Below, piece after piece: positions 54,456 to 63,427 of a stretch of 64,000 nt of DNA. The position numbers and the translations under genes are program-made. The DNA is from Spirochaetota bacterium (GTDB taxonomy: Bacteria > Spirochaetota > UBA4802 > UBA5550), in NCBI GenBank assembly GCA_050298055.1, contig JBNKTL010000003.1, forward strand, positions 32,001 through 96,000, read 5' to 3'. The notes below the pieces were generated by a model. The model was not told where the DNA came from, did not search any database, and saw nothing but the letters and a program-made list of their open reading frames with translations. The first letter of the stretch is position 1. Each line of letters begins with the position of its first letter.

Positions 54456-54911
54456 ATGGCTAATAAACTAACACGTAGAAAATTAATTGAAAAATATCTC
54501 GAATATGATAGCATTAAAAAAAATAAAACAATTGATATAAATAATTTGGAAATTAATTGGGATGACCCAAATTTAATTGATTCATGGTTGTCTGAGAATG
54601 GGTATAAACATGGAATAATTTCAGGTTTTGAGACATGGGAATTATTATTAAATTTCACTGTCAAAGATTTAGGCAATTGTGCAATTGTTAACAACATATT
54701 GATCAGTAGTGATAGAAGATTATCATCAATTTCTAATTTAATTGACTTTAATAATTGGGAACCAGATAGAACAACAAAATGGCATGTACTAATTAATCGT
54801 AATGAAGACATTGCTGAACACAATTTTTTTATATTAAGACCAACAGTTAATTCAGAACAACCTGCTCAATACTATATAGAAGATGGCAGTGGGCATGGAG
54901 ATATTCATTAA
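54456..54911 (+). CDS. AT-rich hypothetical protein, possibly a truncated ParB/Srx-like domain
   Basis: 151-aa ORF ending FFILRP...YYIEDGSGH. Confidence 0.5.
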   Translation: MANKLTRRKLIEKYLEYDSIKKNKTIDINNLEINWDDPNLIDSWLSENGYKHGIISGFETWELLLNFTVKDLGNCAIVNNILISSDRRLSSISNLIDFNNWEPDRTTKWHVLINRNEDIAEHNFFILRPTVNSEQPAQYYIEDGSGHGDIH

Positions 54912-55050
54912 TTTTCTCCCGGTCGTGAATTAAATCCCGGGAAATTATTGTATAATTGTAATTTTTGTAAAAAGTTTTAATTAATCCCACTCCTCAATCG
55001 TATTAATCTTTGGGAAGAATAACTCTCTTCCCGGATTTTACAATGAGAGG

Positions 55051-55506
55051 ATGGATAATATGAGAACGACTATTAATGCAGACACACTACTGTTCAATAA
55101 GCTGAGAGAAGCCATGGCTGAAGTTGATCTGTCAAAGGACGAACTAATCAAACTTTTAATATCACGGTTCATTAAGAAAAACAGCTTTATTCCTCAACCC
55201 GGTAAAACAGTGAAGTACCAGGATGGCGGTCCGGAGAGAGTCTGGAAAATTGAACATATCAACCTTGAGCCTGTATTCTATGAGAAGGTCCTTGATTTAA
55301 GGAGACACTTTAAGTTTTCCGTTTCGTGGTTTGTTGCTTTTGGTATTATTAATTATCTTGATGAATTGGTAAGGGATTTGAGTAATTCAGGAAATAGTGC
55401 AAAAATTCTGGATAACTATACTGGAAATTATGTTTATATTTTTGAAATTGTAGATAATATTCTCGTATTTATCACAATGATGGAAACACAAAGCAGAAAA
55501 ACCTGA
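55051..55506 (+). CDS. DUF1564-like spirochaete protein (RHH-like N-terminus)
   Basis: MRTTIN..., VKYQ...W...YE...DLRR.FK.SVSW pattern, recalled from the Leptospira-type family. Confidence 0.55.
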   Translation: MDNMRTTINADTLLFNKLREAMAEVDLSKDELIKLLISRFIKKNSFIPQPGKTVKYQDGGPERVWKIEHINLEPVFYEKVLDLRRHFKFSVSWFVAFGIINYLDELVRDLSNSGNSAKILDNYTGNYVYIFEIVDNILVFITMMETQSRKT

Positions 55507-55658
55507 GAAAACCCAGATAGTACGAAATTTTTATCAAAACCAAACATCCGGTTTCCGTCCCGGATTTTCAGTCACGCCCTCTTCTCCTGGTCTTCTCCTT
55601 TCCTTTAAACGCCGGCACGAGACAGGATTGATTGTTAAAATTACATAAGCTGGTACCC

Positions 55659-56486
55659 CTACGCCAAACCTCTGTCAACCTTCCCAATCCTGAAAGCAAA
55701 CTTCGCCGCTTTTCTCTTCAACCGAACCGAACCGAAGGAAAAAAGAGCAAACAGTGTGTAGAGGTTCCTGTATTCCTCGAAGATCCCCTCCGCAAGGGGC
55801 TCCGCGTTTGTACCGGTGGGAAGCCCGTAGCTCTCAGGCGAATCTTTCAGAAGATAGATCGACCTGAGCCCCCCGAACTCCTTTATTCCATAGACAGACG
55901 CGCCGGGAAAATATTTTTTGAGCTTCTTCTGTCGTTTCTGCGCTTCCCTGAGGAGAAGCTGCCGGTGGCCGAAGGTCAGCGCTCCAGTGGGGCAGTTGGA
56001 GACACAGGCGGGGACCTCTCTCCCGGCAGCCGCGCAGGCATCGCACTTATAGGCTTTGTCTTTGATCAGTACTGTTCTGCCCAACTTGTTCTTATGGTCC
56101 CGGGCGCTTATATGAGGGACATTGTATGCGCAGAACTCGGTGCAGAGCCCGCAGGCGATGCACTTCCTTTGGTTTATGACATTCCAGCCCTCTCTCTTTG
56201 AGATGGCGCCGGCCGGGCAGACCTTCATGCAGTTGGCGTCCCTGCAGTGGAAGCATTTCAGGTGGAGCATGTCCCACCGGGGCTTTCCCTTCTCCCTGTC
56301 CCTGACTTCGGAAAAAGAGACCCGGTTCCATGTTGCCGCGGAAAGAGTGAAGGGGGCCGTGAATTCGGGCCCCACGAAAAAAACGTTCTCTTCGGCGGGA
56401 AGTTCGTTCCACTCCTTGCACGCGGCGTGGCAGGTCCTGCATCCGCAGCACCGGGTTGTATCAAAGAGAAATGCCTTATCCGCCAT
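55659..56486 (-). CDS. 4x[4Fe-4S] electron-transfer subunit (FdnH/FdoH-like beta)
   Basis: DTTRCCGCRTCHAACKEWN, CFHCRDANCMKVCP, CIACGLCTEFC, KCDAC...PACVSNCPTGAL. Confidence 0.92.
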   Translation of the reverse strand: MADKAFLFDTTRCCGCRTCHAACKEWNELPAEENVFFVGPEFTAPFTLSAATWNRVSFSEVRDREKGKPRWDMLHLKCFHCRDANCMKVCPAGAISKREGWNVINQRKCIACGLCTEFCAYNVPHISARDHKNKLGRTVLIKDKAYKCDACAAAGREVPACVSNCPTGALTFGHRQLLLREAQKRQKKLKKYFPGASVYGIKEFGGLRSIYLLKDSPESYGLPTGTNAEPLAEGIFEEYRNLYTLFALFSFGSVRLKRKAAKFAFRIGKVDRGLA

Positions 56487-56497
56487 AAAAACTCCCT

Positions 56498-59452
56498 CTA
56501 GCTGATCTTCTTTATATCTGTCATGAAAAAACCGGTCTCAATGACCCCCGAACCGGGATCTGAAAACCCGGGGACCAGTGTATTCACCGGGTTGACCTTG
56601 TCCCCGTTATGGGAAACCGTTACCAGGTGCCTCAATGTCCCGTTGATGATCCCGGGCATGAGCCTCCCGGTCACCATGGCCGGCATGGTCATCTCCCCCC
56701 GGGCGGTCCTGACCTTTACCCTGTCACCGCTCCTGACCTCAAGTGCTTCCGCCAGCTCACGACTTATTTCACAGAATATTCCCGGAACAAGTTCTCTCCC
56801 CAGGGGCAGGCCGGAGAGTGAGTAAGCGCAGTAATCGCCGGTCCGCACAAGAGTGCCGAGATGGGGGAGGTCCCTTCTCACCGGTACCCGGGCCCGGTTC
56901 ACCCGGTTTTTCAGGAGAGGATTGGTCCCCGTGCCGTTCAGGGGATTTACCGAGAAAGACCCGGGAGATTCATAGTACTCGGGAAGGGGGCCGTCGCTCA
57001 CCGATGCCGAGAATATTCTCGCCAGTCCCTCTTCAAATTTTATAAAGGGATATTTTGAACCGGGGCCCCAGCTGCCGTATGCCGCGTCGCCCTCCCAGCT
57101 GCTGCCGTTCCATTTTATCACCGCCTTCCCTTCTTTCACGGGCGTCCCCTTCCTGTCCACCCCGGCGGCATTATGGAGGACCCTCATGTTCATGGGCCAG
57201 TACCATCCCCGGCCGCGGGGACCCGCCTTCTCATCCGCCCGGTCCGCGGTCCCGTTGCCCCTGACGCTTATGCAGCCGGTATAGAGCCAGTTTCCCCCGA
57301 GGGTCATTCCGTCATCCCTCATCTGCCGGTAACCTTCAAGCAGCATGTTGTTCCGCGCATCAACCCCGTTCATCTCTTTCAGCACAGGGAGGGGATCGGC
57401 CTTCATATTGCTCCCGGTATAGTTCCAGCCGGCCCCGAAAACCGGCCCGGGAAACACGCCGGGATCCTTCCTGTAGAGCTTCCTGATACCGGCAAAGAGC
57501 ATATCCGTAAAATCCAGGACGCTCACCGTTTCAGGAGGAGCTTCCAGCGCGGCGGCGCACCACTGTATCCGCCTGTCACTGCCCGTGACACTTCCGCTCT
57601 TTTCGAAGGGGAGCGCCTGGGGGATAAGAAAGACCTCGGTGTTTATCTTTTCCGGGGGTATGCCGCTGTTTTTCCAGAAAGAGGAGGCGCCGGTCTCCGA
57701 ATAATCGGAACAGACCAGCCATTTGAGGTTCTTCAAGGCCCCTGCTGAAACGCTTCTTCCCGGGAGCTCCTTCACCGGGTCGGTGTTGAGGAGGAGAGCC
57801 CCTTCCAGCTTCCCCTGTGAAGCGCGCCGGGTAAAATCTGAATAGCCGAAGGGTTCCGTTGACCGGGGAAGCCAGCCGTAGAGAACTTCCGGGCTGTCCG
57901 TTGAGTCGCCCCCGTACCATGCTTTCAGGAGGTTTATCATGAACATGCCGGTGTTCCCCTTCCCCTTCTTTGATCCGTCGGTCCCCATAATGTTATAGCT
58001 CTGGGGATCATTGGTCCGGGGGGTCAGGTTCTCAACATATGAATTCAGGTCCGGGTGAAGTTCCGGATGGGGTGCCCTGAGATATCCCGGCAGGGAGTTC
58101 CACCCGGTGCCGTTGTCCGCGGCGCCCTGGTCGTTCATGCCCCTGCCCAGCCGTATCAATCCTCCGCCGGAGACCCCAATATTGCCCAGGACCAGCTGAA
58201 GAATCGCGTATGCCCGGACATTCTGCCTTCCGGAAAGCTGATGGAGGGATGCGGATGAAAAAATAATCGATCCCGACTTCCGGGACTTGCCGGTCTCACC
58301 GTAGGTCTCCGCTGTCCTCAGGAACTCCTCCACGCTACAGCCGGTGATATCGGACACCACCGCGGGGGTATAGCGGGACATATGCTTTTTCAAAAGCTGA
58401 AAAACTGTGCCCGGATCTCTCAGGCTCCTGTCCCGCTTGGGGATGCCCTTGGCGTCGATCTGGTATGTCCACGTTATGTTGTCATAGCTGCCGGTTTTAC
58501 CGTTGTATCCTGAGAAGATCCCGTCATGGAAGGAGTAGCCGGGATTAATGAGAAACGAGGCATTGGTGTAAGCGGAAAGATATTCCCTGTTATAGAGCCC
58601 GTTTTTCAGGACATAGTTAATGATACCGTTTATGAACGCGGTGTCCGTTCCCGGCCGCAGGGAGACCTGCATGTCCGATAGTGAAGAGGTCCGGGTATAC
58701 CGGGGATCAACTGTGATGATCTTCCCTCCCCTGTCCCGTGCTTTCATCAGGTGTTTCAGCGCCAGGGGGTAGTTCTCCGCGGGGTTGCTTCCCATGACCA
58801 GGACAACGTCCGAATTTTCCATGTCAGACAAAGGGTTTGTTGAAGCCGCGAAGCCCAGGGTCCCGGAAAGAGCGGGGCCCGCGGAGCCGGAAGAGAGGCT
58901 CGATTCATGATCAATAAGGTTTGATCCCAGCACCCGGGAGAGTTTCCCCAGGAGGTAGAGTTCTTCATTGGTAAGCCAGTTTCCGGCAAGGAAGGCGATC
59001 CCGTCGGTCCTGTTACAGGTAACGCCGTTTACTGTTTTGATGAAAGTCCTCTCCCGTGTTTCTTTTATCCTCTCCGCTATCAGGGAGATCGCGTTTTCCA
59101 GGGGGATCTCTTCCCACCGGCCGCTTCCCGGTTTGCGGTACAGGACGTTCCTGAGCCTCCTGTTTTCCGGATCATCGGCAAACTGTTTTACCAGGACAGC
59201 CCGGTGACATATCATCCCTTCATTCACCGGGTGGCCGGGGTCGCCGGCGAGATCAATAAGCCTGTTTTTTCTTACATAGAGGTCTATTCCGCATCCAAGG
59301 CCGCACCCCGGGCAGATTGATGAGACCTTCCGGGCGCCTTTCCGTTTTTCCGGGTCACCGGCGCACCCGGTGAGGAGTGAAATCCCCCCGGTGAGGGCTC
59401 CCGCCGCGGCCAGGCCGGTGCTCTGTAAAAATTCTCTACGGGTAACAGACAT
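56498..59452 (-). CDS. Formate dehydrogenase-N alpha-like molybdopterin protein with altered active site; Tat lipoprotein
   Basis: TRREFL plus lipobox LTGC; CPGCGLGC..C cluster motif; GSNPAEN, VDPRYTRTS, RPGTD, LGNIG..GGG, EKSGS....R.IQW, WYWPMN.RVLHN. Confidence 0.88.
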   Translation of the reverse strand: MSVTRREFLQSTGLAAAGALTGGISLLTGCAGDPEKRKGARKVSSICPGCGLGCGIDLYVRKNRLIDLAGDPGHPVNEGMICHRAVLVKQFADDPENRRLRNVLYRKPGSGRWEEIPLENAISLIAERIKETRERTFIKTVNGVTCNRTDGIAFLAGNWLTNEELYLLGKLSRVLGSNLIDHESSLSSGSAGPALSGTLGFAASTNPLSDMENSDVVLVMGSNPAENYPLALKHLMKARDRGGKIITVDPRYTRTSSLSDMQVSLRPGTDTAFINGIINYVLKNGLYNREYLSAYTNASFLINPGYSFHDGIFSGYNGKTGSYDNITWTYQIDAKGIPKRDRSLRDPGTVFQLLKKHMSRYTPAVVSDITGCSVEEFLRTAETYGETGKSRKSGSIIFSSASLHQLSGRQNVRAYAILQLVLGNIGVSGGGLIRLGRGMNDQGAADNGTGWNSLPGYLRAPHPELHPDLNSYVENLTPRTNDPQSYNIMGTDGSKKGKGNTGMFMINLLKAWYGGDSTDSPEVLYGWLPRSTEPFGYSDFTRRASQGKLEGALLLNTDPVKELPGRSVSAGALKNLKWLVCSDYSETGASSFWKNSGIPPEKINTEVFLIPQALPFEKSGSVTGSDRRIQWCAAALEAPPETVSVLDFTDMLFAGIRKLYRKDPGVFPGPVFGAGWNYTGSNMKADPLPVLKEMNGVDARNNMLLEGYRQMRDDGMTLGGNWLYTGCISVRGNGTADRADEKAGPRGRGWYWPMNMRVLHNAAGVDRKGTPVKEGKAVIKWNGSSWEGDAAYGSWGPGSKYPFIKFEEGLARIFSASVSDGPLPEYYESPGSFSVNPLNGTGTNPLLKNRVNRARVPVRRDLPHLGTLVRTGDYCAYSLSGLPLGRELVPGIFCEISRELAEALEVRSGDRVKVRTARGEMTMPAMVTGRLMPGIINGTLRHLVTVSHNGDKVNPVNTLVPGFSDPGSGVIETGFFMTDIKKIS

Positions 59453-59476
59453 AAAAAATCTCCATGAAGAAAAATA

Positions 59477-60589
59477 TCATTCCGCCGGATCTTCCTCTCC
59501 GGCTTCGGCTTTCCCGGCCTTTTTCCACATATCGTATTCATCCAGCAGCTTGTATATGTTCCAGAAGGAGTAGAAAAGGGTAAGCAGCAGCGGACCCACA
59601 ATAACACCCGGCAGGCCGAAGGCCTGTATACTTCCCAGCAGGAGGAAAAAGAATATCACCGGGTGAAAGTGGAGCTTTTCCCCGAAGAATTTCGGTTTGA
59701 CAAAATTCTCCAGGAGCTGGTACCAGAGGAGACACCAGACCCCCAGAAAGACCGAACCGATATAATGACCGCTTACCGCCAGGTAGATCACCGCCGGGAC
59801 CCATATGAACATTGTCCCGATGGCGGGGATTAGGGAGAGTATGGCGGCCATGCTCCCCCAGAGCTGCGCCATCCCGATACCCGCGATAAAAAAACCGGCA
59901 CCCAGGGCCGTCCCCTGCAAAACCATGATCAGAATGTTTCCCGCGAGGAGGACCTTTATCACTTCCTTGAGCCTGTCCACAACGTCCTTTTCCAGGTCAT
60001 CGGGAAAGGGAAGGATTTTATAGATCCCCTGGTCCAGCCTGTGCCCGTCTTTGAGAAGGAAGAAGAGCATGAGGACCATAAAAAAAAGGTTTATGATGAA
60101 ATTAATGGGAAAGGAGACGATCTTTGTGAGGCTCTGGAAAACGGAAATGGCCCCCTTTTCAAGAAACTGCGTCAGTTTCCTGACAATATCATCACCCTGT
60201 ATCCGGAAGTAATTCATGAACCTGTTTATGAAATCAATATCCTGGAGCTGGTTTAACAACCCGGACTGGACCTTCACCTGGATAAGATTGTAGAGCTGGT
60301 AAGCCTGGTCAGCCAGTATAAAGAAGAGGTAGAATACCGGGATAATAATCACTAAAAAGATGAAGATAATGACCAGTGTTGTGGTAATCCTTCTCTTCTT
60401 GAGCCTGGCCGCAAGCCTGTCATGAAAGGGTTTGATGGCAATATAGAGGATTATGGCAAAGAGAAAGGGCCAGAAGTAATACCTGAAAATATAGATGAGG
60501 GACACAATAATAATAAGGAAAAAACCCATGAAAAGGAGTTTTAATCTTCTGCTTTCCTGTATGCGTAAATAGGAGTCACTCGGGTTCAT
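59477..60589 (-). CDS. AI-2E/PerM-family transporter
   Basis: Multi-TM; FFLLKDG, SLIPAIG, ENFVKPK, HP..FF.LLG...FGLPG..VGP. Confidence 0.9.
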   Translation of the reverse strand: MNPSDSYLRIQESRRLKLLFMGFFLIIIVSLIYIFRYYFWPFLFAIILYIAIKPFHDRLAARLKKRRITTTLVIIFIFLVIIIPVFYLFFILADQAYQLYNLIQVKVQSGLLNQLQDIDFINRFMNYFRIQGDDIVRKLTQFLEKGAISVFQSLTKIVSFPINFIINLFFMVLMLFFLLKDGHRLDQGIYKILPFPDDLEKDVVDRLKEVIKVLLAGNILIMVLQGTALGAGFFIAGIGMAQLWGSMAAILSLIPAIGTMFIWVPAVIYLAVSGHYIGSVFLGVWCLLWYQLLENFVKPKFFGEKLHFHPVIFFFLLLGSIQAFGLPGVIVGPLLLTLFYSFWNIYKLLDEYDMWKKAGKAEAGEEDPAE

Positions 60590-60755
60590 CAAAAGGTCCT
60601 TACTCGTTACCAGTTAAGTTTATTTTGTAAGGGAGATAATTGAATACCTCACCTCTGGAAAAAAGATTTAACGGACTTGCTATTATGTCAACTTAAATTT
60701 ACCGGAGGATTTTAAGCTACATGTTTTCTCTTACCGTCTTAGCGAGCGCAGCGTG

Positions 60756-60960
60756 GCTCATCTCGATACGATCCTGCTCACAAAGTAGCCAGGAAACGGT
60801 ATATAGAGATGCAGGATCACTCGATGAGCATCTGTACTTCGACTACATGATTTGGTGCAAAATCATGCGGGCTCAGCACTAGTTGAGTTCCCCGAGTGAT
60901 TTGCCGTTTTATGAATTCAGTGCTTTCTGTTTTTAAAATGCGGCAAATTGTATCGAGGGG
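60756..60960. repeat. Cluster of REP-like palindromes: two inverted CTCGATAC...CACTCG elements around a CTTCGAC...GCTCAG element
   Basis: Elements at 60756-60829, 60837-60876 and 60890-60960, each with an internal stem. Confidence 0.7.
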
Positions 60961-60998
60961 AACAGGCCAGCAAGTCCAGGAACATTTACTGAGAACAC

Positions 60999-61034
60999 AA
61001 AAAAATCCGGCCCTTCTGGGGGAAAGGGCCGGAT
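60999..61034 (-). terminator. Intrinsic terminator downstream of the small ORF
   Basis: Plus strand reads ATCCGGCCCTT-N8-AAGGGCCGGAT; a T7 tract follows the stem on the minus strand. Confidence 0.8.
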
Positions 61035-61106
61035 CGTGGAACAATAACTTTTTCCGTTCTCATGGGCCGAACTATCAGCTCATGATAAGCGATAATAACA
61101 TGATAA

Positions 61107-61271
61107 CTACTTTGTGAGATAGTGCGATAAATCGGTAGCAATTTTTGATATGGCATGATCAAGATATGATTCATCAGAAATTCTCTTTCTGTATTCACGT
61201 ATCTTTTTCTGATCAGCTTTTTTGTTTCCCGGTCTTATCTCACGATCCTCCATTTTCATGAGATTATCCAT
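61107..61271 (-). CDS. 54-aa small protein (absent from ORF track)
   Basis: MDNLMKMEDREIRPGNKKADQKKIREYRKRISDESYLDHAISKIATDLSHYLTK; GGAGG SD upstream and a terminator downstream. Confidence 0.7.
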   Translation of the reverse strand: MDNLMKMEDREIRPGNKKADQKKIREYRKRISDESYLDHAISKIATDLSHYLTK

Positions 61272-61373
61272 ATAAACCTCCAAGGTTAATCTGTTCCTCC
61301 ATGAACAGAATCACTTAACCTGTTGAATATTTCGGTATATTGAAAAAATATATAAAGATATTAATTAAAGATA

Positions 61374-61402
61374 TTGACTTTTTATAACTGTTCGGCTATA
61401 TA
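61374..61402 (+). promoter_or_regulatory. Putative sigma70 promoter for the GGDEF gene
   Basis: TTGACT-N17-TATATA. Confidence 0.5.
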
Positions 61403-61413
61403 TAAAAGAGGAA

Positions 61414-61550
61414 GTAACGATTCAGCTATGTATAAAAATAATTATATTTAACAATAAAGATAACCGGTATGTCCGCGCTGCCCTGGGCAGAGACATATTG
61501 TTGATATTTTAGAAAACAGGTTGAGCATAGCCATACAGCTGAGTAGTTTC
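61414..61550 (+). mobile_element. 137-bp palindromic MITE-like element
   Basis: Ends GTAACGATTCAGCT and AGCTGAGTAGTTTC; shares ATAACCGGTATGTCC...GACATATTGTTGATATTTT with the 44734 copy. Confidence 0.8.
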
Positions 61551-61603
61551 AAAAGAGACAATTTGTCAAAAACAGAAGTGTTATACATATTTTTATATTT
61601 CAG

Positions 61604-62371
61604 ATGAACGAAAAGAACCAGAACAAAGAGCTCAATGACTTTCAGCTCAGGAATGTGAAGATATTAACACACCTCCTGTCACACGATGCCATTGATGATG
61701 AAATTGTGGAATATCTCCGCAGGGCGGAACTGGATTACTTCGCCCTTATTGACAAGTATGAAATCCTCGAGCACAAGATCAATGTTGATGATAAGACCAA
61801 CCTTCTGAAATACAAAAATGATTACCTCACAAACATATTAAAGACCGCGTCAAGGATCTATTTTGGCGCGGAAAACGCGGCTTACTCAATCTCCATGGTG
61901 AGGTTTGATATCGACGACTTCTCGGTATTTAATAATAAATACGGCCATGACCTGGGTGACAGGGTCTTAAAGAAAATTGCCGGTATCATCAGGTCACATT
62001 CACGGCCCACCGATTACGCCATACGGTTCGGCGGAGAAGAATTCGACGTTCTTCTGCCGGCAACAGACCTTGAAGGGACCGGGATATTTCTGGAAAATAT
62101 CTTCAGGGAGATACGGAAAGCTGAAATCGTTCATAAAAAAGAAAAACTCAGGGCCACCGTAAGTGCCGGAGCTTCTTCAATGGTCTACAGTTTCAGCAAT
62201 AATAAAAAGATAGATGAAGATGAAATAGAGAACTACTTTATGCTTCTTCAGAATGAAGCGGATGACGCCCTCTACGACGCGAAAAACTGCGGAAAGGACC
62301 GGTACTGCATTTATAACAGGTCGAGAAAAGAGGAATATTCAACAATCAGGGATTCCTACTGCGGCAAATAG
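61604..62371 (+). CDS. Diguanylate cyclase (GGDEF)
   Basis: DIDDF..FNNKYGH..GD, RPTD I-site, RFGGEEF, ADDALY.AK..GK. Confidence 0.93.
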   Translation: MNEKNQNKELNDFQLRNVKILTHLLSHDAIDDEIVEYLRRAELDYFALIDKYEILEHKINVDDKTNLLKYKNDYLTNILKTASRIYFGAENAAYSISMVRFDIDDFSVFNNKYGHDLGDRVLKKIAGIIRSHSRPTDYAIRFGGEEFDVLLPATDLEGTGIFLENIFREIRKAEIVHKKEKLRATVSAGASSMVYSFSNNKKIDEDEIENYFMLLQNEADDALYDAKNCGKDRYCIYNRSRKEEYSTIRDSYCGK

Positions 62372-62383
62372 GAAACACCGGGA

Positions 62384-63418
62384 TCAATTCTCCCTGTCCA
62401 GGAGTTCCCCAATACCCTTCCCGGCGGGATTCTCCACAACACCTTTTTCCGTAATGATAGCTGTAATAAATTCCGCCGGCGTTACATCGAACGCGGGATT
62501 TTTCACGGATATTCCTTCCGGCGCGATCTGCACCGATTGGATGTAAACAACTTCTTCGATACTTCTCTCCTCGATGGGGATTCCCTTCCCGGTTTCTGTT
62601 CCGGGATCAAGGGTTGATGTGGGAGCGGCAACATAAAAGGGGATTGAATGGTTTCCCGCGAGAACGGAGTGAGTATAGGTCCCGATCTTGTTGGCGGTAT
62701 CACCGTTAAGCGCGATCCTGTCTGCGCCCACAATGATCTTTTTTATCACACCCTCCTTCATGAAATAGCCTGACATATTGTCCGTTATAAGGGTCACGGG
62801 AATATTGTCCCTGGAGAGTTCCCACGCGGTGAGCCGGGCACCCTGCAGGTAGGGCCGCGTTTCACAGGCAAAAACTTCTATCTTCTTTCCTTCTTCAACG
62901 GCGGCCCTGATCACTCCCAGGGCGGTCCCGTAACCACCTGTTGCCAGCGCCCCGGCATTGCAGTGGGTCATGACAACATCCCCGTCTTCCAGGAACCGGC
63001 TCCCGTTTTGGCCCATCTTTTTGTTCATTTCAATATCTTCACGGTAGATATTCAATGCCTCGGCTTCCAGTTTCTCCGCCGCGGTCCCGGTATTATCCGA
63101 CAGATCGATGATCTTCTTCATCCTTTCCGCGGCCCAGAAGAGGTTGACCGCCGTGGGACGTGTCCCTTTAAAGAGTTCAATAATCCGGGACATCTCCTCC
63201 TTAAAGCTCTCAAGGCTTTTGCTCTTGAGATTTTTCGCCGCCAGGGCGATCCCCATCCCCGCGGCAATCCCGATAGCGGGCGCCCCCCGTATCTCCATCT
63301 CCCGGATGGAAACCGCCACGTCACGGTAATTACCATAGTTGTTATAGACCTCGTGAAGAGGGAGTTTTCGCTGGTCCAGTATGGTTACATGGTCGCCGTT
63401 CCATTTGATTGAATTCAT
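62384..63418 (-). CDS. mtnA: Methylthioribose-1-phosphate isomerase
   Basis: IRGAPAIG, TRPTAVNL, THCNAGALAT, ETRPYLQGARLTAWEL, NKIGTY, NPAFDVTP. Confidence 0.97.
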   Translation of the reverse strand: MNSIKWNGDHVTILDQRKLPLHEVYNNYGNYRDVAVSIREMEIRGAPAIGIAAGMGIALAAKNLKSKSLESFKEEMSRIIELFKGTRPTAVNLFWAAERMKKIIDLSDNTGTAAEKLEAEALNIYREDIEMNKKMGQNGSRFLEDGDVVMTHCNAGALATGGYGTALGVIRAAVEEGKKIEVFACETRPYLQGARLTAWELSRDNIPVTLITDNMSGYFMKEGVIKKIIVGADRIALNGDTANKIGTYTHSVLAGNHSIPFYVAAPTSTLDPGTETGKGIPIEERSIEEVVYIQSVQIAPEGISVKNPAFDVTPAEFITAIITEKGVVENPAGKGIGELLDREN

Positions 63419-63427
63419 GAGTGCCCT

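Noticed and set aside
58860..58920. Selenocysteine recoding in the FDH-like alpha subunit
   Set aside because: The codon at the Sec position is TCT and the ORF has no in-frame TGA.
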